Shown: positions 48,190 through 57,443 of the stretch, piece by piece
Layout of the letters: each line of letters starts with the position of its first letter
Numbering within the stretch: position 1 is the stretch's first letter
Source of the DNA: a phage
DNA length: 64,000 bases
Direction: 5' to 3' (one strand)
Sequence record: PZ674596.1
Notes under the pieces: model-generated
Databases searched by the model: none
The model's input: only the letters and a program-made list of their open reading frames with translations
Told to the model about the DNA's origin: nothing
Made by a program: the position numbers and the translations under genes

Positions 48190-48935
48190 TTATACAAATA
48201 AGAAAACAACTAAATAACAGATCAACGAAACGTCAACGCTTTCACCCGATTTGGTCTAAAAAATTGACGTTTTCACACATCACTTCTTATACCCGTAACT
48301 CTACGCAGCAGACAGCGCCACAGCGTCCAATTTTCACCACAGACGACCCAACACACTACCAACAAAAACACACGCTCAAAATCGCTCCCGTTGCGTTACA
48401 CAACCATATAAACAACTTATTTTCAGGCATAACAAAACAACTAAATAACACACATGCCATTCCCAAAAACAACCAACCTCTTTATGGCAGGCTACCGAAA
48501 AGACCCACCTCTTCTCCCCAGGCTACCGGACAACCAACCTAACTTTCACAGGCAATCCGAAAACATTCATACGCGCGATACCCACGACACGCCATTCCCC
48601 AAACAGCGAAGAAACACCAGAATCACTGAAACCCCAACGAAGCCTGTAACCGCAAGGATTCTCTCAATCCCAAAAGACACGAAACAGAACAATCACGGGA
48701 AACGCCATTACCCAATACACGAATAACTACAAAAGCCTTTCACACACTCCAGACAAACAACTCAAACACAATAACGAAAGGAATCGCCCACCTGCCATTA
48801 CTCCATACACGGAGAAGAACAATCACCAAAACGACGAGAACACCCCATAGAAGAACCACCGCAAAACGAACGAAACCACATACACCGACAGAGAAAACAG
48901 CACACCCAATTCACCAACAGAAATAGTCGCCGTAT
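48190..48935 (+). repeat. G-depleted A/C-rich low-complexity tract with dispersed direct repeats
   Basis: ~750 bp with almost no G on plus strand; 17-mer AAAACAACTAAATAACA twice (near 48199 and 48434); GCCATT(C/A)C(C/T)C-type repeats near 48456, 48591, 48704, 48794. Confidence 0.7.
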
Positions 48936-49127
48936 AGAACATTCTGGAAGGAGTGAGCATTAACGCCTATAGAGAGGTTGAGACAGATAAAACACAACAT
49001 GTATAGCGAAGAAGCCAGGTATGTATAAGTGGGGAGGGAAGGAGGGGTGTCGCCTCCTTTTTCGTATTTATTCAACTCCTGATTTTATCCCCCGTAACAC
49101 CCCTACGGTCAGCCTTCGGTCCATACA

Positions 49128-49266
49128 GGGAAAAGGCTGCATCCCGCTACAGAAACGGCTGGGTTGCCTTCGGGGAACGGCTGGGGATTTTCAGGGAAAC
49201 GGTCGAGTTGCCTGTGTGGATTTCGGGAAAAGGCTCGATGCCGGTTCAGGAACGGTGGCGTACCGG
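49128..49266 (+). repeat. tandem imperfect repeats RGGAAAMGGCT (6 copies, ~21-31 bp period)
   Basis: GGGAAAAGGCTGCATCCCGC, AGAAACGGCTGGG, GGGGAACGGCTGGGG, AGGGAAACGGTCGAG, GGGAAAAGGCTCGATGCCGG, AGGAACGGTGGCG; related 20-mers at 52353-52395. Confidence 0.7.
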
Positions 49267-49616
49267 TATAGCGAGAGGGAGAGTTGCGGCTACCCACCTG
49301 TAATGTGCGGGAAGAAGAGAGGCGCTCACGTAGGCGGACTTGCTTACCGCTGGATTCCCTCTGAATGCCCAGCTACAGCGTAATTGTGCCAGACAGCCAA
49401 CGGGTCACAATCGATTTCAGTAGGTTTTTGGGGAGAGGATTACTCTGCCACCAGCCACTTTCGGCCACTAAATCAGAATAATGTAAAAAGTGTACTCGGT
49501 ACTGAACCTGAAAACTCACTGCCAAAACCACATTCACCGGAATAAAATCCTTTTTCGCCTGTGCGTTATTGCGATAATAACACCATCAAGAAAACATGTT
49601 GTTTAAGGATTGCTTT

Positions 49617-49946
49617 ATGTTTACAAACATCGACATCAACCAAATCAAGAAATTAACTCAAAAAGAGTTTGATCAGTTTTATGAGTTAGAAGGTTGGTCT
49701 TCCACTCTGATCAATTCAAGATGGGTGCTGGAACTGATGACTCGTGATGACGCACCTGCTTTGATGATTTGCGACATGGGTGAAGATGCTGACTTTATGG
49801 ATATGAGCGAATTTTGTGTGGACACATACAACCGCAGCCAGAAGTACTACTTCACATGCGATAGCGAGAATGACGTTATTTCTAAGGTCTATCTTCACCT
49901 TGTCCAGCATTGGGACGTTCAGGAGTTTCTTGAAGTATTCGAGTAA
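49617..49946 (+). CDS. hypothetical protein
   Basis: 109 aa from ATG 49617 after AAGGA; table start 49596 lies in the promoter palindrome. Confidence 0.4.
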   Translation: MFTNIDINQIKKLTQKEFDQFYELEGWSSTLINSRWVLELMTRDDAPALMICDMGEDADFMDMSEFCVDTYNRSQKYYFTCDSENDVISKVYLHLVQHWDVQEFLEVFE

Positions 49947-50099
49947 CCCCAACCAAAGCCAGCATTGCTGGCTTAATTTCTCTATAGCCGCAGGGAAGAA
50001 CCTGCATATCGCTCATGCACCTGATCAATATGCTTTGTAGCCGTTTTCTTACTGGTATTATTTACGCCATTGAGAAAACAAGTTGTTTACGGAGTTGTA

Positions 50100-50411
50100 A
50101 TGAAAAAATCATTGGTTCTTGGTCTGGACAAAGACCAGAAGAGAAAAGAGAAGCCTGCGCTGGTTGCTCAATTAACTTTGCTGGACATCGTTGCCAATGG
50201 AACCTCTATTCGTCTGTTCCGTGAAACAGCGGTGTCTTTCGATAAAAACACCTTTACTCGTTATGTAATGAATGTTCGTCGCCAGCGTGGAAAAGGCTGG
50301 GTGGCATTTCAAAGAATGTGGCCGGAACATCAGCTCGAACTGGCTTTGATGGAAGTTAACCGCGTGGCCCAGCAAGAGATTCAGAGAGCATCAGTGATGG
50401 CAATAGCCTGA
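50100..50411 (+). CDS. hypothetical protein
   Basis: 103 aa from ATG 50100 after ACGGAG. Confidence 0.45.
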   Translation: MKKSLVLGLDKDQKRKEKPALVAQLTLLDIVANGTSIRLFRETAVSFDKNTFTRYVMNVRRQRGKGWVAFQRMWPEHQLELALMEVNRVAQQEIQRASVMAIA

Positions 50412-50446
50412 TAATGTGCAAGTGGCAATTAGTCGACAGTACGACA

Positions 50447-50473
50447 GCCCCGCCATCCTTACGGGGCTTTTTT
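50447..50473 (+). terminator. Rho-independent terminator
   Basis: GCCCCG-ccatccttac-GGGGC followed by TTTTTT. Confidence 0.65.
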
Positions 50474-50537
50474 GTATTGTAAGTACATACTTACGATCAT
50501 AGAATATAAAAATAATCAAAACACTACGGAGAGTGAA

Positions 50538-50933
50538 ATGACCGTTAAACGCGAAAAACTGACAGTTGATGTTTACTATGCCTCTGAAACCGCCGAAGGT
50601 AAGAATGTGGCAAAAATCACCGTTGTTACGTACAACACCGAAACTGGTGCCGAAGTACAGGCCAGTACGATCGTGCGTAAAGGTGATGCCTCCGGCGGCG
50701 AGTACGCGACTCAATACCAGTCCATTCTCGATGCAACTGACCCGCTGCTGCTGAAAATCGAGAACTACTTCCGCCAGGTTGATGAAGAGGTGTTTGAAAC
50801 CATGATGAATATGGTTAACACCGTATTCGCCTCCAGCCTGAATACCAACACTACCTGGATTGGTCAGTACGGCCTGCGCATTACCTCTGGCATTCCTGCC
50901 GACACCTTAATCCCTGAAAGCGTATTCGCTTAA
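50538..50933 (+). CDS. hypothetical protein
   Basis: 131 aa from ATG 50538 after GGAGAG. Confidence 0.5.
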   Translation: MTVKREKLTVDVYYASETAEGKNVAKITVVTYNTETGAEVQASTIVRKGDASGGEYATQYQSILDATDPLLLKIENYFRQVDEEVFETMMNMVNTVFASSLNTNTTWIGQYGLRITSGIPADTLIPESVFA

Positions 50934-50942
50934 TCCTCTTTA

Positions 50943-50970
50943 AATGGCGCGTAAACCGCGCCATTTTATT
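50943..50970 (+). terminator. Rho-independent terminator
   Basis: AATGGCGCG-taaac-CGCGCCATT followed by TTATT. Confidence 0.65.
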
Positions 50971-51050
50971 AAGCCCGATAACAATTTGTTTTCTGCCTTA
51001 TCTGATTTGTGAAAATGATTTCACTGAAGCAAGTTAATAAGGAAACCATC

Positions 51051-51425
51051 ATGGGACTTGATATCTATATCGAGACACAGCCTAAAAACGATCTGAATAA
51101 CGAGGCATCCAGAAAGCAGGTTGCTTACTTCCGTAAGTTCAATGCGCTCGTTGGGTGGATGGAGCGCAACGTAGGTGAAGTCGAAAATTGTGAGCTTTTA
51201 GAATTAACGATGAATGACATTTGTTTTCTGAAGGCTCATTTGATGCACATAAACGAAAGTAATTGCGAAGAGTACTTGCCTACCCGGGAAGGTTTTTTCT
51301 TCGGCAGTCAGGAGTACGATGAAGGTTACTGGCATGATGTGGGGCAGTTGAAAGAGCTTGTGGAAGATCTGATTAAGAACCACGACTTTCACAATAACAG
51401 ACTGACCTTCTGCGCCTGGTGGTAA
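51051..51425 (+). CDS. hypothetical protein
   Basis: 124 aa from ATG 51051 after AAGGAAACC. Confidence 0.45.
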   Translation: MGLDIYIETQPKNDLNNEASRKQVAYFRKFNALVGWMERNVGEVENCELLELTMNDICFLKAHLMHINESNCEEYLPTREGFFFGSQEYDEGYWHDVGQLKELVEDLIKNHDFHNNRLTFCAWW

Positions 51426-51775
51426 ATATGGGCGATTTCAAGAAACGCCTGAAGGAAAGAGCCGAGATGGTCAGAAAGCAAAACGCCTCTTCTGTCATCA
51501 GATACGCAAGGCAGTTTAGTCGCAACAACAAATCAGTTGAGGAAAAGATCCTTAGCGTAATCGTGCGATAATTATTAAGGCCACCAGCATTGGTGGTCTT
51601 AAATGACCATCCTGTTTCCCTCAGGCTAATAACACCAACCTCTTACCTCCAGGCAACCGACAAACCCACCTGTTCCCGTCCGGCTACCGCAACTTTCCAC
51701 TTTGACGCCTTATTCGTACAACGATAATTAACGCCAACAAGAAAACAATTTGTTATTTACGATAAGGAATTAATC

Positions 51776-52258
51776 ATGAATTTTATCGCTACTGTAAACG
51801 CACCCGCACATGGCAATATCGCTGTAACGTTCTCTGACATTGAAAAACGAGTACTTGGTGCATGGCGCGACAATGAGACGGTAGAACTGTCAGCACAAGA
51901 AAAATGCATTATTGCACGCGACATCATTGGCAATCGTCGTTACTCGAGGGTATTTGAGAAAGCATATGTGGTAAATTCTGGATTCGGAACGTTCGTCTTT
52001 CCGGTGCGCTCCGGGCGATTCTGCCAGTCCAAGCTGATTGAGTTCGCTACGCAGATTTCTTTCTGGATTAAAACTCAATCGTCGTTCAAATTTTCCGACG
52101 ATGAAGCAGTATCGCAGGGGATGCGGATCGCCAACAATGCGATTAAATGCAAAAACATTACGTATACCGCTGGCGTTGATACATGGAAACTGTTTTGCGC
52201 TAACTTTATGCTGAATGTATACGCAAGCAACCGCATCCACATCCTTGATGGCGTGTAA
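51776..52258 (+). CDS. hypothetical protein
   Basis: 160 aa; ATG after AAGGAATTAATC. Confidence 0.5.
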   Translation: MNFIATVNAPAHGNIAVTFSDIEKRVLGAWRDNETVELSAQEKCIIARDIIGNRRYSRVFEKAYVVNSGFGTFVFPVRSGRFCQSKLIEFATQISFWIKTQSSFKFSDDEAVSQGMRIANNAIKCKNITYTAGVDTWKLFCANFMLNVYASNRIHILDGV

Positions 52259-52267
52259 CTGAGAAGA

Positions 52268-52288
52268 GGGCCAGAAACGGCCCTTTAT
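52268..52288 (+). terminator. Rho-independent terminator
   Basis: GGGCC-agaaac-GGCCC followed by TTTAT. Confidence 0.6.
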
Positions 52289-52511
52289 CTATAGCCACCA
52301 GCTGCCGCAGGGAAATTTTCAGAAGCGGCGAGGAACGTATTCATGAGCCGACGGGGGAACGGCCAGGATTTTTTCGGGAAACGGCTGCATTCGCCTTTGT
52401 GTAGAAAAAACATCGGGAAGCTGGTGGAATCCAACCAGCGGTTGTCGGACAGGTGAGCGGGGAAAATTATGATGACTTTCGTCACCTGAGACATCCAGAT
52501 TTCTTTCGTAG

Positions 52512-52557
52512 CATAATCACATACGTGATTAAGTGGTGTGATTAAGTGAAAAATCAC
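52512..52557. promoter_or_regulatory. two adjacent operator-like palindromes (GTGATTA / TAATCAC family)
   Basis: TAATCAC-atac-GTGATTA and GTGATT-aagtgaaa-AATCAC, with direct repeat GTGATTAAGTG x2. Confidence 0.45.
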
Positions 52558-52804
52558 GCGCACATAATACGCGAGCGGATACAGAACAAAACAAAATACC
52601 GATCCGCACCGACAAATAAGCGCGGATCACATAGCAAGACTAAAAGCCAATGATTAACCATACTCTATAGCGCAATATAACGCGTTTTAAGCGCGTTAAT
52701 GTGTTAAGTAATGGGCATGTACTGGTAAGGATATAAAAGCGCGTCTATGGCGTTATTTTGGCGCTTATTTTTATGTTGTTGGAGTGAGTTAAAGACAATA
52801 AAAA

Positions 52805-52871
52805 ACGCGCCATCAATGGCGCGTTATTGTGGAAGTATTGGAAACGAAAAAAGCGCCCATAGTGGGCGCTC
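52805..52871 (-). terminator. tandem hairpin terminators downstream of minus-strand island genes
   Basis: AACGCGCCAT-ca-ATGGCGCGTT and AGCGCCCA-tag-TGGGCGCT, each with A-run on plus strand (T-run on minus); second hairpin recurs near 53347. Confidence 0.55.
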
Positions 52872-52875
52872 GATT

Positions 52876-53106
52876 TTATTTGTGTAAACTGATTTTAAAT
52901 CCCATTTCTACGAACGCTTTTAACATTAAAAATATATCAGCGTCGTTCACGTCTGCTTTTTTTCGCTCCTGGTCGCTCAATAAGTCAATTTTGCGCGTCG
53001 TTTCATCTATAAGCTCGACTGCGCGCCCAGCGTAACCAGCGATCCCAGCGATGCGATTAACATAATATTCATTATGGACGTTAACGCCAGCGATAAGAAC
53101 AAACAT
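52876..53106 (-). CDS. small hypothetical protein
   Basis: 76 aa; RBS AAGGAG 6 nt upstream of ATG. Confidence 0.45.
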   Translation of the reverse strand: MFVLIAGVNVHNEYYVNRIAGIAGYAGRAVELIDETTRKIDLLSDQERKKADVNDADIFLMLKAFVEMGFKISLHK

Positions 53107-53126
53107 GATTAAGCTCCTTAAAAAAA

Positions 53127-53330
53127 TTAAATAGAATTTTGAAGTTTTCCGATTAATGCGCTTAAACGTAAGTATTCACGTTTGCGCTTGCAATCTCGCT
53201 TGCTGTTAAGCAAATCAGAAAACGTAAAATTTAATTGGTCGCGTTGCGCGATCAAATCATCGATTAATTCCAGTTTATAAGCGCGATACTTTGCGCGATA
53301 TTCTGCGCGGATCTTGTCATAGCTGACCAT
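53127..53330 (-). CDS. small basic hypothetical protein
   Basis: 67 aa from ATG 53330 with RBS AAAGGAG; table N-terminal extension covers a hairpin. Confidence 0.4.
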   Translation of the reverse strand: MVSYDKIRAEYRAKYRAYKLELIDDLIAQRDQLNFTFSDLLNSKRDCKRKREYLRLSALIGKLQNSI

Positions 53331-53378
53331 TTTTAAAGCTCCTTTAAAGCGCCCATAGTGGGCGCTTGATTCCATTAA

Positions 53379-54029
53379 TTACGCTTTGAAAGCATCAGCT
53401 AAATAATTGTAGAAATCATTTTTAATGAAGCGATATTGCTGAGTACCAGCTTTTGCGCTCCCAGCTCCTTTGACTTTCTCAACAAGTCCGAGACGTTCGC
53501 AAAGATTGATCAACTGGTTGGCTTGAGTATAGCCAGCGTCCAATTTAATTTCGCACGCTTTTTTAGCTTCATTCATTAAATCGAAAACAGCGCCATTAGT
53601 GAACGTGTCGATCTCGTCGTTAATCATATCGATTAAAGCGAATACACGAGATCCTGACATATCAGCGACGGAATAAACGCATTTACCAGCTTTAATGGAT
53701 TTAACCAGATAAACCAGTTTTTCCAGTGAATAACTATTAGTCATTGCATCACGGAAAAATACTTCTGGCGCTTGTTTGCTTGCTTTAATCGCATAGTAGA
53801 AAACAGAGCATAATTTTTCGTCTTCAACAGCGTTTACAACGTTGTTGATGAAGTAAGCAAGTTTAGTGGTAGCAGCTTGCATATTTGCTTTATCTGCTTT
53901 GGTGTGCGTACCATTTTTATAATGTTCGTTATATGTTTGAGTTGCCAGATCTGCTTTTTCTTTTAATTCATTTGTTACAACACGCGCAGCTTCAACGATG
54001 GATTTTTTAGATAAGATAATATTGGTCAT
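53379..54029 (-). CDS. hypothetical protein
   Basis: 216 aa from ATG 54029 with RBS AGGAA; low-GC coding region. Confidence 0.5.
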   Translation of the reverse strand: MTNIILSKKSIVEAARVVTNELKEKADLATQTYNEHYKNGTHTKADKANMQAATTKLAYFINNVVNAVEDEKLCSVFYYAIKASKQAPEVFFRDAMTNSYSLEKLVYLVKSIKAGKCVYSVADMSGSRVFALIDMINDEIDTFTNGAVFDLMNEAKKACEIKLDAGYTQANQLINLCERLGLVEKVKGAGSAKAGTQQYRFIKNDFYNYLADAFKA

Positions 54030-54322
54030 GGTTTTATTCCTTACAAAAATTAAAATGAATTTATTTTTTACTGTCGTTAGCCAGTTCGCTTTCGACGAGT
54101 TCAATTATCGATACGCAAAAAAAGATTGCAAGTGTTTTTTTTAGTTTTTTGCAGGGACGAAAGTCCTAGAAATAAAAGCGAGATCGTCGAAGGTGTTCCC
54201 TAAATAAATAATTAATTCCGGCTTATAACCTTATATGTTTATACGGAGTAGAATTGGAGGTGTATTTAATAAATGGCATTTAAAAAAATAACCGGACTTA
54301 GCCGGTTATTACCCTTATACAT

Positions 54323-54619
54323 TTATCGGACTGATTCTACAGCCTTACGATTGGTGTCAAATAACGCATCAACGAACTGCACAGAAGAGTTGTTCGATTC
54401 ACATGGTTCATAATTTTCCACTTGTTCACATAGTTGAGCGGTCTTACCAATGTTTATCCCTAATTTTACAGCTGCTGAAAGTTTAAACATGCAAACTGGT
54501 ACATTCTGAGACGTTGAGCATACGTCATTCATCAGCGACTGAATAATTGCGATATCATCCTTTGCATTGGCCGAAATTGAGTAAACTAAAAATAAAGATG
54601 TCAATAGTATCGATTTCAT
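54323..54619 (-). CDS. small secreted Cys-rich protein
   Basis: 98 aa; signal peptide MKSILLTSLFLVYSISANA; six Cys in mature part. Confidence 0.5.
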   Translation of the reverse strand: MKSILLTSLFLVYSISANAKDDIAIIQSLMNDVCSTSQNVPVCMFKLSAAVKLGINIGKTAQLCEQVENYEPCESNNSSVQFVDALFDTNRKAVESVR

Positions 54620-54622
54620 AAC

Positions 54623-55144
54623 TCAAAACGGTAAAATTCGTTCAACCCAATCGAAGAATACAAGTGTTTTTCTGCCGTCTTCTAACTTAAGAGTGACCTG
54701 GCAAGCATCAACGCCTCTTGATATCCCTTCTATTTCACGACCGTCTGCCATGTAGACCCTTATAGATTTGCCGTTTTGGTAAGCCTGACGACATATCTTA
54801 AAAAAGTCACGACGTGATGGCTGATTGTCAACATAGTCTGGATGTATTGTTAGCCTACCTTTGAACTCGCGAGCAATGCCATCGATTACACCTGATTCAA
54901 TTGTGCTAATGCGCTCAAGTGGGAGTCTTATACGATTTTCTTTATCATATGGAAGCGGGCATAAATCTAGCTTATTGCGGGAAGGCATTGTCCCCTGAAC
55001 GTACATGCAAAACACCTGACCGTCTTCAAGCGTGACTCTTACAGGAATGTTGTTTTTCCGCCAGAACATAAGTATGTTTTCAGCATGTTCGTAGTCTCGT
55101 GGCCAGACTTCTGCTGGAATGCCGTAGGTGATGTCTTTAACCAT
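54623..55144 (-). CDS. hypothetical protein with internal tandem repeat of ~80-aa domain (weak Sm/Hfq-like signature)
   Basis: 173 aa; halves share R..N.IPVRVTLEDGQV / GKSIRVYMADGREIEG pattern; ends 3 nt before the secreted-protein gene. Confidence 0.45.
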   Translation of the reverse strand: MVKDITYGIPAEVWPRDYEHAENILMFWRKNNIPVRVTLEDGQVFCMYVQGTMPSRNKLDLCPLPYDKENRIRLPLERISTIESGVIDGIAREFKGRLTIHPDYVDNQPSRRDFFKICRQAYQNGKSIRVYMADGREIEGISRGVDACQVTLKLEDGRKTLVFFDWVERILPF

Positions 55145-55246
55145 AGTCTACCTTTTTAAGTCTTTTTTGGTCATTATATACATCTCTATGATGCGTAGAC
55201 AGACTAACCGTACATTCCAACAAAAATTGATTATGGAACAAGTTTC

Positions 55247-56047
55247 ATGAAGAATGGGGTGAATAAAAAATACTCATTAGCATTGTTAATAGCGGCTTTA
55301 CTATTAACAGGTTGTGATTCTGATGAAGAGCGAGCCATAAATCTGGTCGAGAAGGATATTCGCTCTACACTGCTAGATCCTGATGCTGGTCGGTTCACGA
55401 ATATGCGAGCTATTCAGTTAGGTGAAAATAGCTATTCATATATGGTATGTGGAGAGGTGAATGGCAAAAACGTCTTGAACGCCTATACAGGTGCGACCGC
55501 ATTCAATGCACACATCTTTGATGTTCGTGAACGTAACCCGATTGTATTCGTTGCAATGGATAAAAATACCAACTCGGCAAGAGAACGATTACGTTTTGAA
55601 CGCCAAAATCTAGCATGTAAAGAAAATGGTGTGAAACTTTATCTGGAAAACGAATCTAATATCAGGAAGGAAAAAGAGAAAATAGATGATTTAAAAAAAA
55701 CTCCATTAGGTCAGGCTGTGTTTGATGCTGCAAGTGATTCGACATATGTGAGTAGAGAGTTGGGCGAATCGAGAGGTGTTAGTGAAGTGTATGCAAGAGA
55801 AAATGATAAATATGCTCTTGTTAGCGTCACCAATTATGACACTCCTGACTTTTACAAATTTAGGAAAAAAGATAACGGTGAACTAGAACCTGTTAGAGGA
55901 CTGTCTTACACCGGCTATCCATTCGCGGTTACACTGTGCCATTCTGAACAAACAGATTATGACAAATGCATAACAGAAGAAGAAATCAAGTTGCTTCGAG
56001 ACGAAAAGAATAAGCTGGATGATTTTGTCGTGCCACCAGAAGAATAA
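55247..56047 (+). CDS. lipoprotein of unknown function
   Basis: 266 aa; signal peptide with lipobox LLTGC; only plus-strand gene in the low-GC island. Confidence 0.55.
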   Translation: MKNGVNKKYSLALLIAALLLTGCDSDEERAINLVEKDIRSTLLDPDAGRFTNMRAIQLGENSYSYMVCGEVNGKNVLNAYTGATAFNAHIFDVRERNPIVFVAMDKNTNSARERLRFERQNLACKENGVKLYLENESNIRKEKEKIDDLKKTPLGQAVFDAASDSTYVSRELGESRGVSEVYARENDKYALVSVTNYDTPDFYKFRKKDNGELEPVRGLSYTGYPFAVTLCHSEQTDYDKCITEEEIKLLRDEKNKLDDFVVPPEE

Positions 56048-56106
56048 CATATACAAAATATTTAATTGCTGTTAACATTTAATCGTTCAGACATAGGGAA
56101 AGTCCT

Positions 56107-56144
56107 ATGCCCTCGACAAATCTTTCTGGTATTGTCGAGGGCAT
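56107..56144. terminator. bidirectional hairpin between convergent genes
   Basis: ATGCCCTCGACAA...TTGTCGAGGGCAT inverted repeat. Confidence 0.6.
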
Positions 56145-56169
56145 GTTTCACATTTATAGGTAGATAGCG

Positions 56170-57303
56170 TTAATTGGCGTTTTCGTTCTTCTCTTTTTTG
56201 CTAATTTCATCACATGCAAGGTTCATTATGTCTATGTTTTCTTGTTTTTGAAGGTTGCCGACAATTTTTTGGCGCAATTCATAAAATCGCTCGCGTGGTA
56301 TAGCTTCCTTGTTGCCGCTGATGTGAAGTATTGCGTGACAGCTAGGGCAGACGGCAATCAGATCTGTTTTTGGGTTCACGCTTCGTGCACCTTCGCCTTG
56401 TGAAAGTGGGATGATGTGGTGAGCGTGTAGCAGCGTTTTCGTTTCTTTACCGTCAATTTCCTTGCCGTATATTTCCGACATCGTTCTGCAACATAGTTGA
56501 CACCTGTAGTCTGCGTTTGCCAGAACGTCATTCCTTAACCCGGATACGCGGCTACGATGTTGCGACTGGATTAATCTTGTTTCGCCCTCTATATATTCCT
56601 CAACTTCTTCTTTCTGGAGGTCGTAGCTGATTTCTTCTTGAGTTACGTTGTCTTCTGCTTTGGCTGAGACTGCATGAATCTCTTTCTTATTCAACGAGAA
56701 AGGTGATTTGAGAGCATCAGCACTGTTTTGCCCTCTTGAATGTTGTGATTTTAGAGCAAGATTGTAAATCTCTTTTAATTTGACATTTTTTTTGTTTGTT
56801 CTAAAGAACTTTCTGCTCTCTACTTGTGAGATAATCCCTGATTCTATATATTGAATTAACACACGAAGAAAATGTTCTATAGATTTTTTACTTTTGAATG
56901 AAAAGGAATAGCCGACTTTCTTTCTCAACTCGTTTTCGCTAAAGAACTCTTTCAGATTTTCGTCGTCAGTCAGGTTAATGGTTGCACCTGCCCAGGTTGA
57001 AGCTTCTACAATTTCAGGAATAACCTCTTGGTCGCCAAGCTGATTGTTTATTTCATCCAGCATTTTAAAGACTGTCAATATTGGATACGGATTCGTCACC
57101 AGACCGTTAGAGGATTTCGTTCTAGGCCCATTCTTTTTTATAATGATGGGGTGCTGTTGAGAAGTTTTCTTTAATTGTAAATAATAAAGGTTTATATTAT
57201 TATTCGTTGATATACCTGCCGGTTTTATCAAGGATAATTTTTCATCACATGCAATATCATCTATTATATTTCTTAGGTCACACGTTTTTATAAATTGACG
57301 CAT
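56170..57303 (-). CDS. HNH-nuclease-domain protein with unknown N-terminal domain
   Basis: 377 aa; C-terminal CQLCC...HAHHIIPLS...CPSCH HNH signature; low GC; RBS GGAGGA lies in a CCTCCGAA/TTCGGAGG hairpin. Confidence 0.6.
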   Translation of the reverse strand: MRQFIKTCDLRNIIDDIACDEKLSLIKPAGISTNNNINLYYLQLKKTSQQHPIIIKKNGPRTKSSNGLVTNPYPILTVFKMLDEINNQLGDQEVIPEIVEASTWAGATINLTDDENLKEFFSENELRKKVGYSFSFKSKKSIEHFLRVLIQYIESGIISQVESRKFFRTNKKNVKLKEIYNLALKSQHSRGQNSADALKSPFSLNKKEIHAVSAKAEDNVTQEEISYDLQKEEVEEYIEGETRLIQSQHRSRVSGLRNDVLANADYRCQLCCRTMSEIYGKEIDGKETKTLLHAHHIIPLSQGEGARSVNPKTDLIAVCPSCHAILHISGNKEAIPRERFYELRQKIVGNLQKQENIDIMNLACDEISKKEKNENAN

Positions 57304-57443
57304 ATATCCTCCGAATTTCTTCGGAGGCGGAGCCTACAAATATCGTTCAGCCAATCAAGAAATTTTTTCAGCCGGAGGTGTACATTTCAAAAAATGTGAC
57401 GAATGTCACATGCAGGTGCTCTCATACACCTGCATGTAGACTA

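Noticed and set aside
48186-48726. Table ORFs 48186..48542 and 48454..48726
   Set aside because: Low-complexity translations of the G-depleted A/C-rich tract in overlapping frames; composition-driven, treated as noncoding.
49021-49383. Table ORF (120 aa, plus strand)
   Set aside because: Lies entirely over the GGRAAMGGCT tandem repeats, starts inside a terminator hairpin and has no RBS; likely a repeat artefact.
52285-52563. 92-aa minus-strand ORF
   Set aside because: Covers the repeat and palindrome-rich noncoding boundary; no RBS.
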